Source of the DNA: Candidatus Saccharimonadota bacterium
GTDB taxonomy: Bacteria > Patescibacteriota > Saccharimonadia > Saccharimonadales > Saccharimonadaceae
DNA length: 37,346 nt
Assembly: GCA_017964115.1 (NCBI GenBank)
Contig: JAGCSL010000090.1
Location: 1 to 37,346, forward strand
Direction of reading: 5' to 3'
The notes beneath the pieces were generated by a model. It worked only from the letters and a program-made list of their open reading frames with translations, was not told where the DNA came from and did not search any database. The stretch's first letter is position 1. The number at the start of each line of letters is the position of its first letter. Both the position numbers and the translations under genes were made by a program. Below, in pieces: positions 31,879-37,346 of this stretch.

Positions 31879-33396
31879 ATGTGTAGGAGTTATAAAGCTA
31901 TTTTTGGCGTTATGTTAACGCTTGGGATGGGTTTTATAATTGCTGGAACGACAAGTGCGGAGAGCCTACTCGGTTACGAGATTATTAACGGTGAGAATGG
32001 TGGAAGCTTCTTGCCGGCTGCAAATAAGATTATTATCAGCGGTGGAGAAGTTACGATATCTGGCACCTCTAAGGTGCCTTTAAATATTATTGGTGATGTT
32101 AAGTTGACATTGAAAGATGTGACGATTAATTCGGCAAAAGGGGCGGGCATTTCGATTGATAGTGGCGTAAAGGCTGAAATTATTCTTGAAGGAAAAAATA
32201 AAGTTGTTGGCGAAGGCGTAGGCGCGGGGATTAGCGTGGGATACGCTGGCAATGGCAATATGGCTACGTTAACCATCGATGGCGATGGTGAGCTTAATGT
32301 TACTGGTGGCAATGATGGCGGCGCCGGGATTGGTGGCAATGGTACGAAGACAATCAGCGCGATTAATGGAAAGATTATCATTAACGGTGGAAACATTGTA
32401 GCGGCTGCACAGGCAAATAGCGCGGGGATTGGTGGTGGCACTGGTTCTAGCGCATTGGCTAATAAAGACTATAAAGCTGGCTTAATTACGATTAACGGTG
32501 GTAGCGTTTCCGCGACGGGTAAGGCCGGTAGCGCTGGTATAGGTGGGGGAAATTATATTAATACGAATATAAAAGTTAATAATGGCGAATTAAACTCGAT
32601 TCAGGGCGGTGACTTTGCGGCTGGGATTGGTGGCGGTAACTGTAGTGCGAGTGTGAATATCAAGATCGAAGGCGGTAGCTTTAATGACATTCGCGGTTAT
32701 GAAAGTGATGCTGATGAAGCTTTGGGCGGTGCGGCAATCGGCTCTGGCGCAAAGGTGTGCGACGTTGATACGAAAGTTAAATTAAATATCATAAATGGTG
32801 TAGTAAAAAATGCCGTGGCAGGTTGGGGTGCTGCCGGTATTGGCAATGGCGCAGGTAGTGAGATAGAAAGCGTCGTAAAAATTGGTAAAGATGCACAAAT
32901 TACGCGCCTATATACCGACGGTGAAAGAATGCCGCTTGAAGAGAATGCGAATATTGAAGGTAATTTATTGCAGGTTGCTTTCTCGGAAGCGGCGGATACA
33001 AGTTCAGAAGAAAGCCTTGAGGTCGTCAACTATGATGACGAAAGTGAAGCGTATAAGATTGAATTGCCAAAAGGATATCGTGCTTTCGCGACGACGGTCA
33101 AGAAGGAGGCTGATTACTCGGTGCGTGGTTCAAAATACTATGCCGAGAAAGAGGAAAGTGAAAAGGACTCTGAGCAGAAGATTAAGCTTAATGTCGAAAG
33201 TGGCGTGGTGTTGGCGCACAGTAATTTATATCCAGTAGAGAGCGTGCCTGAGCGTAAGCTAAGTACGGCCGAGGATAATGACGGGAACTGGTTATTAAAA
33301 ATTGTGTTCATGGCGAGTGGAGCGGTAATTGCGGTAGCAATCACGGGCTATGCCGTATCATTAAGTGCCTTAATTAAGGCGAGAAGAAATCGTTAA
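31879..33396 (+). CDS. Surface protein with beta-helix-type xAGIGGG repeats and a C-terminal TM anchor
   Basis: Signal peptide ...AGTTSA|ES. About 8 repeats of (I/V)x(I/V)xGG.(V/I)xA....(S/A)AGIGGG at 30-36 aa spacing. Acidic stalk. C-terminal TM helix plus KARRNR. Confidence 0.75.
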   Translation: MCRSYKAIFGVMLTLGMGFIIAGTTSAESLLGYEIINGENGGSFLPAANKIIISGGEVTISGTSKVPLNIIGDVKLTLKDVTINSAKGAGISIDSGVKAEIILEGKNKVVGEGVGAGISVGYAGNGNMATLTIDGDGELNVTGGNDGGAGIGGNGTKTISAINGKIIINGGNIVAAAQANSAGIGGGTGSSALANKDYKAGLITINGGSVSATGKAGSAGIGGGNYINTNIKVNNGELNSIQGGDFAAGIGGGNCSASVNIKIEGGSFNDIRGYESDADEALGGAAIGSGAKVCDVDTKVKLNIINGVVKNAVAGWGAAGIGNGAGSEIESVVKIGKDAQITRLYTDGERMPLEENANIEGNLLQVAFSEAADTSSEESLEVVNYDDESEAYKIELPKGYRAFATTVKKEADYSVRGSKYYAEKEESEKDSEQKIKLNVESGVVLAHSNLYPVESVPERKLSTAEDNDGNWLLKIVFMASGAVIAVAITGYAVSLSALIKARRNR

Positions 33397-33414
33397 TAGA
33401 TTAATTACGATACA

Positions 33415-33450
33415 AACACCAAAAACTAGTGAATGCGAGTTTTTGGTGTT
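33415..33450 (+). terminator. Stem-loop after the repeat protein
   Basis: 12-bp stem AACACCAAAAAC(33415-33426)/GTTTTTGGTGTT(33439-33450). Confidence 0.65.
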
Positions 33451-33452
33451 TA

Positions 33453-33461
33453 TGGTAGAAT
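33453..33461 (+). promoter_or_regulatory. Extended -10 for the 33473-35461 unit
   Basis: TGG-TAGAAT (33453-33461), 11 nt before ATG 33473. Confidence 0.45.
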
Positions 33462-33472
33462 AAGATAAAGCT

Positions 33473-33838
33473 ATGAAAGAATTGGCCGAAGATTATAAGG
33501 CGATTTGGAAGAAAGATCGCAGCTTGTTATGGTGGATGGCGGTAAATTTTCTGCTCAATCTATGGCTATTTTTGGTGCCAATTATCAATTTTAATCCAGC
33601 TCATCCAAAAATCTGGGCACGTTACTCTGATGTTAGCCGAGGGTATGAGCAGAGTGAGTGGTGGTATCTGTTTTCCTTCTCGTTAATAGCATTAGCAATA
33701 GGCATAGGGCATACGATTATTAGTGCGCGCTTATTTACGAAGCGTGGAAAAGATATCGCCAGACTATTTTTGGGCGTAAGCGTAGCGATCACGATTATCG
33801 CGTTGCGCTTTTTGATGAGTATTCTCGGAGAAGGGTAA
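33473..33838 (+). CDS. Small polytopic membrane protein (121 aa), partner of the GT2 synthase
   Basis: Three or four hydrophobic helices. Stop TAA directly abuts ATG 33839. Confidence 0.7.
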   Translation: MKELAEDYKAIWKKDRSLLWWMAVNFLLNLWLFLVPIINFNPAHPKIWARYSDVSRGYEQSEWWYLFSFSLIALAIGIGHTIISARLFTKRGKDIARLFLGVSVAITIIALRFLMSILGEG

Positions 33839-35461
33839 ATGTCTAAAGTAATTGAGATACCGGTGGGCAAGAGGACACCGCTGTATCGTTTTTTTGAAAT
33901 TTTGCCTGGTCTATTGAGTTACGGCATGATTATTTTACTGTTCGTGCTGTCGGCTGTTAATCCGGTCTTGGGATCCTGCTATATTTTGCTAATCGTTATT
34001 ATTAATTTAGTCAAGGCTGTTGGGATTGCTTTTAGGACAGTACAAGGATACAAGATGACACAAAAGTGTTCGAAGGTAAACTGGTCAAAACGCCTTAATG
34101 AACTCGAAAACGCTCAGGACAGTTACGATCGCTTAGCGGGAACGAAAAAAACTTCGTATGATTACGATCAACATTTGCGTAATCTTTGTATGGTGGCTGC
34201 AGCGGAGGAAGGATATTTTCCGAAACCGAGTGAAATTTATCATGCGGTCATTGTTACTATGTATAACGAGTCATTGGACGTGTTGGTGCCGACGATGGAG
34301 TCACTGTTAAAGACTACCTATCCGAAAGAACGGATGATAATAGTGATTGCCTATGAAGAAAGGGGCGGTGAAGAAGGCGAGAAGGTCGCTAAAACGCTCG
34401 AGAAGAACTATAAGAAACGGTTCGGGCACTTTATCTTGGCAAAGCATCCGGATGGTATAAAGCATGAAGTAATCGGTAAGGGCGGGAATATCACTAATGC
34501 AGGATATGTGTTGCAAGAATATGTGAAAGAGAAGGATATTCGTTACAGCAACGTGATTGTGACAACACTAGACTGCGATAACAGACCAGACAAGTGCTAC
34601 TTTGACATAGTTGCTTATGAATATGTCGTGCATGAAGACCGCAAGCGTTTAAGCTATCAACCAGTTTCGCTATTTACGAACAATATTTGGGATGCACCGG
34701 CCGTGACGCGCGTGGTGGCTTCTACAAACTCGTTCTGGAATTTAATTTGTACGATGCGCCCACATACTTTGCGCAATTTTGCGTCGCATTCTCAGTCGCT
34801 AGACGCGCTAGTTGAAATGGGTTTCTGGAGTACGCGTACGATTGTAGAAGATGGCCATCAATACTGGCGAAGCTTGTTCTATTTTGATGGAGATTACGAG
34901 GTTTTGCCGATTCGTGCGCCAATTTATCAAGACGCCGTGTTGTCGGATACTTTATGGAAAACTCTGAAAGCTCAGTGGGTGCAATTGAGAAGGTGGGATT
35001 ATGGTGCGAGTGATGTCGCTTATGTGGGAACTTACATGTTCTCGAAAAAGAGGACGGTTAAATGGGGCGTGATTATTCCGAAATTTATCCGTTTGTTAGA
35101 TGGACACGTGACACTAGCGGCGATGGCGCCGATTATCGCTTTTGGCGGTTGGATTCCACTAATATTCCATTATGATACGCGTGATTTACTATCGCATAAT
35201 TTGCCAATGGTTGTAAGTTACATCCAAACTGTTGCCGCGATTGGTTTATTTGTATCGTTGATATTATCTCTTAGGATGTTACCACCTCGCCCAGCACGTT
35301 ATAAAAAGAGTAAAAAGATTTGGATGGCGGTACAGTGGATAATTGCACCTGTAATTGCAATTGTGTATTCGTCGGCTTGCGCATTTTATTCTCAAACGAG
35401 ATTGTTGTTAGCTCTATATATGGAGAAATTCGACGTTACTGATAAAGCAGTAAAAAAATAA
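33839..35461 (+). CDS. Processive family-2 glycosyltransferase (cellulose/chitin/PNAG-synthase-like membrane synthase)
   Basis: VIVTMYNES, KGGNITNAG, DxD in TTLDCDN, TED-like IVEDGH, and Q(Q/R)xRW as QLRRW (34982-34996). N- and C-terminal TM bundles. Confidence 0.82.
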   Translation: MSKVIEIPVGKRTPLYRFFEILPGLLSYGMIILLFVLSAVNPVLGSCYILLIVIINLVKAVGIAFRTVQGYKMTQKCSKVNWSKRLNELENAQDSYDRLAGTKKTSYDYDQHLRNLCMVAAAEEGYFPKPSEIYHAVIVTMYNESLDVLVPTMESLLKTTYPKERMIIVIAYEERGGEEGEKVAKTLEKNYKKRFGHFILAKHPDGIKHEVIGKGGNITNAGYVLQEYVKEKDIRYSNVIVTTLDCDNRPDKCYFDIVAYEYVVHEDRKRLSYQPVSLFTNNIWDAPAVTRVVASTNSFWNLICTMRPHTLRNFASHSQSLDALVEMGFWSTRTIVEDGHQYWRSLFYFDGDYEVLPIRAPIYQDAVLSDTLWKTLKAQWVQLRRWDYGASDVAYVGTYMFSKKRTVKWGVIIPKFIRLLDGHVTLAAMAPIIAFGGWIPLIFHYDTRDLLSHNLPMVVSYIQTVAAIGLFVSLILSLRMLPPRPARYKKSKKIWMAVQWIIAPVIAIVYSSACAFYSQTRLLLALYMEKFDVTDKAVKK

Positions 35462-35586
35462 TTGTACTCATGCTTTAGAAGGGTGCTTTTTTGTTCTAAA
35501 TTAAAAACAAATCAATAATTTGGAGGTGAGTATGAAATCTGGACCGTGATTTTTTGTGGGCTTTTAAAAAACTAAGTGGAGGAAAT

Positions 35587-35703
35587 ATGAGGAAAATAAT
35601 TAGAATTGGGGCAATTTTAAGTGTTTTATGCGCGTCAGTTCTACTATCAACAGCACATGCTACTAGTACGAGTTTAGCAGATAATCCTGATAGTACGAGC
35701 TGA
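35587..35703 (+). other. Orphaned signal-peptide ORF ending in a TGA in frame with the next CDS
   Basis: SD GGAGG. MRKIIRIGAILSVLCASVLLSTAHA|TSTSLADNPDSTS then TGA (35701-35703). ATG 35704 is in the same frame. Confidence 0.6.
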
Positions 35704-36666
35704 ATGGACATTACGCGAGTAGTGCACGGTGCGAAAAACCATGTTAACAACACCTTCTACTATTCGTTAATACAAGATACGAGCAATCCTGCAGTAGTGG
35801 CTGACATACCGAGCGAATTCGAGATTGAAGTTGACGGAAATCCTGACGAAAATGGCGATGTGGTTGCATATAGCGGACCGAATTTGATGGATCAAGAATT
35901 TACGGCTTTGGGAGATTACAAGTTTATAGTGAGAGAAACAGGTTCACAAGATGCGACAAATTATCCGGTAGACAGCGAAAAAGAATATTATTTTTATGTT
36001 AGCGTGCGAAATAGACTAGATAATAATGGTCAGCCGACTGGTGAATATATTGCAACAATGTCAGAGCAAGTTAAAAATCATGATACAGGCGATAAGCTAT
36101 ACGCTCTGTTTGAGTCGACGGCCGAACGTAGTCACGTCGAAGTAACAAACGCGGTGAGTGGTAATTTAGCAAATGTAGATGATTATTTTAAGTATAAAGT
36201 TATAATAAATGGTGCGAATAATGGCGATGTATTTACCGTTTATGGACAAGATGCTGTAGTGAATTATGGTGGCTCAACTGTCGCTACCGTAAATACAGTA
36301 ACAATTGATGACACCGATGATTATATCTATCTAAAGCATGGCCAAACGGTGCTTATAGGCTACGATGGCGAGAATGATGAGTTGCCAATTGGCGTGACAT
36401 ATAGCCTAGTTGAGGTTGATGCGAACGGTTATGTGCAATATGTTGATAATGTTGCAGGAAATACTTCCGAGACTAAAACCGTTGAGGCGGATGTTACGTC
36501 GGCGAGCAATAGGGTTGACTTCTTAAACCATAAAGAAGGAAACGTTTTAACAGGTATCATAATTAATACGATGCCATACTTGCTGGCAGTGGTTACGATT
36601 GGAACGATTTTGGCGATTGGCTGCGTGTATAAAAGAAAACAGCGAAAGACAAAATGCTCAAAATAA
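35704..36666 (+). CDS. Sortase-substrate surface protein with pilin/CnaB-like domains (lacks its own signal peptide; possibly a pseudogene or read-through gene spanning 35587-36666)
   Basis: YKFIVRETGSQDATNYPVDSEKEYYFYVSV pilin-repeat-like block. E-box-like YSLVEVDANGY (36400-36432). C-terminal NVLTG (36541-36555) plus a hydrophobic helix plus KRKQRKTK. Confidence 0.65.
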   Translation: MDITRVVHGAKNHVNNTFYYSLIQDTSNPAVVADIPSEFEIEVDGNPDENGDVVAYSGPNLMDQEFTALGDYKFIVRETGSQDATNYPVDSEKEYYFYVSVRNRLDNNGQPTGEYIATMSEQVKNHDTGDKLYALFESTAERSHVEVTNAVSGNLANVDDYFKYKVIINGANNGDVFTVYGQDAVVNYGGSTVATVNTVTIDDTDDYIYLKHGQTVLIGYDGENDELPIGVTYSLVEVDANGYVQYVDNVAGNTSETKTVEADVTSASNRVDFLNHKEGNVLTGIIINTMPYLLAVVTIGTILAIGCVYKRKQRKTKCSK

Positions 36667-36956
36667 AGCGAAAAAAATGGCGCGGGTGGGGGCGCCTATT
36701 TTTGAAAGGCGGTTCGATTGCTTGTGCTTTTTATATAATATTTGGTGTTTTATTTGGGGTGACGCGCTGCGTCGGAGAGATGGATGGCGATTTGGTACTG
36801 TTTTGCAGAATATGCAAAGAGTATAGGATTGGGGACGTAATGTTGATGGATAATGGGGTAGTATCCGAGTTTGGACAAGAGAGGGGCGGTACGATACTTG
36901 GTAAAGTAATTGCAAGATTAAGCGTACGAGGTTTTATGGATGAGAGTAGCGAATAA
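36654..36956 (+). CDS. Small membrane protein with a degenerate S24/S26 (signal-peptidase-like) pattern
   Basis: Basic N-terminus plus a TM helix. VGEMDGDLVLF...YRIGDVMLM resembles the S26 core but has Glu where the catalytic Ser is expected. Overlaps both neighbours by a few nt. Confidence 0.4.
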   Translation: MLKIKRKKWRGWGRLFLKGGSIACAFYIIFGVLFGVTRCVGEMDGDLVLFCRICKEYRIGDVMLMDNGVVSEFGQERGGTILGKVIARLSVRGFMDESSE

Positions 36957-37346
36957 AATACTGGATTTATTGTTTTATACGCTGATTGTGCCAATTTTAG
37001 GGGTCAGCGTATATGCGATGATTGACGCTAATATAGTGTCGAAGAGTGCAGCTTTGAGTGTAGATGTGCAGGAATATGCCGCAAAGGATGGCGATGAGGT
37101 TTTGGACGAGCTAGATGACGACTCTAAATATATAATTGCATGGTTGCGGATAGATGACACGAATATTAACTATCCGGTAGTCCAAGGCGAAGATAATGCA
37201 TGGTTTCTAAATCGTAACTACAAGGGGGAATTTGCATCGGCGGGGAGTTTGTTTTTGGACTATCGAAATAATGATGGTTTTATGGACCGTTTCTCGATTA
37301 TTTATGGCCATCGAATGGGTAACGGTGAGATGTTCTCGGATATTCA
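36940..37346 (+). CDS. srtB: Class B sortase (3' end cut by window edge)
   Basis: Not in the ORF track because it runs off the end. N-terminal TM helix, then IIAWLRIDDTNINYPVVQGEDNAWFLNRNYKGEFASAGSLFLDYRNN...IIYGHRMGNGEMF, the typical SrtB N-terminal half. Confidence 0.8.
   Translation, partial: MRVANKILDLLFYTLIVPILGVSVYAMIDANIVSKSAALSVDVQEYAAKDGDEVLDELDDDSKYIIAWLRIDDTNINYPVVQGEDNAWFLNRNYKGEFASAGSLFLDYRNNDGFMDRFSIIYGHRMGNGEMFSDI

Noticed and set aside
31974-32441. 155-aa Pro-rich minus-strand ORF (also 32697-33029)
   Set aside because: It is the mirror image of the Gly-rich (GGN) repeat codons of the beta-helix protein. No independent signals support it.
35701-35703. TGA read as Gly (genetic code 25, as in Gracilibacteria/SR1)
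   Set aside because: TGA clearly terminates other genes here: the pilD TGA overlaps the next ATG, TGA 22527-22529 is followed by a terminator, and TGA ends the gene at 5111-5113. No other conserved gene in the window contains an internal TGA.
1-37346. CRISPR arrays, IS/transposase genes, prophage modules, rRNA
   Set aside because: I noticed no regularly spaced direct repeats, no transposase or phage-like ORFs, and no rRNA-like sequence on either strand. The only recombinase is the Xer-type gene.

Overview
This 37.3-kb chromosomal segment comes from a compact, monoderm-style bacterium. It carries small housekeeping genes, type IV pilus genes plus a sortase, and many single-pass membrane orphans, and leaderless TGnTAWAAT-N6-ATG starts recur. 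GC is moderate to low by eye. This fits a Saccharibacteria/CPR-like episymbiont, but the taxonomy is inference only. Gene order: pyrG (5' cut) | GC-rich orphan (-) | argS | convergent GC-rich orphan pair | mscL-orn-YjbR-like | membrane orphan (-) | dnaG, rpoD | pilT-pilC | pilin | pilD-Xer recombinase-pilin-domain paralog | ndk | tRNA-Arg | bPH protein + SurA-N-like protein | TrmH-like (-) | tRNA-Gly, tRNA-Asp and tRNA-Thr interleaved with five membrane-anchored orphans | acyl-AMP ligase-ACP-GT8-GT8-acyltransferase, convergent with a zur-znuA-znuC-znuB-acyltransferase operon | beta-helix repeat surface protein | small membrane protein + processive GT2 synthase | sortase-substrate pilin-like protein whose signal peptide is cut off by an in-frame TGA, a small S26-like ORF, and srtB (3' cut). 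I saw no rRNA, CRISPR array, transposase or phage structural genes. The best candidates for undescribed biology are: (1) three GC-rich orphan genes around argS, each with a consensus promoter, long structured UTR, strong SD and terminator; (2) a stand-alone acyl-activation/ACP/GT8/acyltransferase cluster; (3) a pilin globular domain refitted with a TM anchor beside the pilus genes; (4) a sortase B surface-protein locus with an interrupted substrate gene. All functional calls rest on motif recognition by eye. No searches were run.
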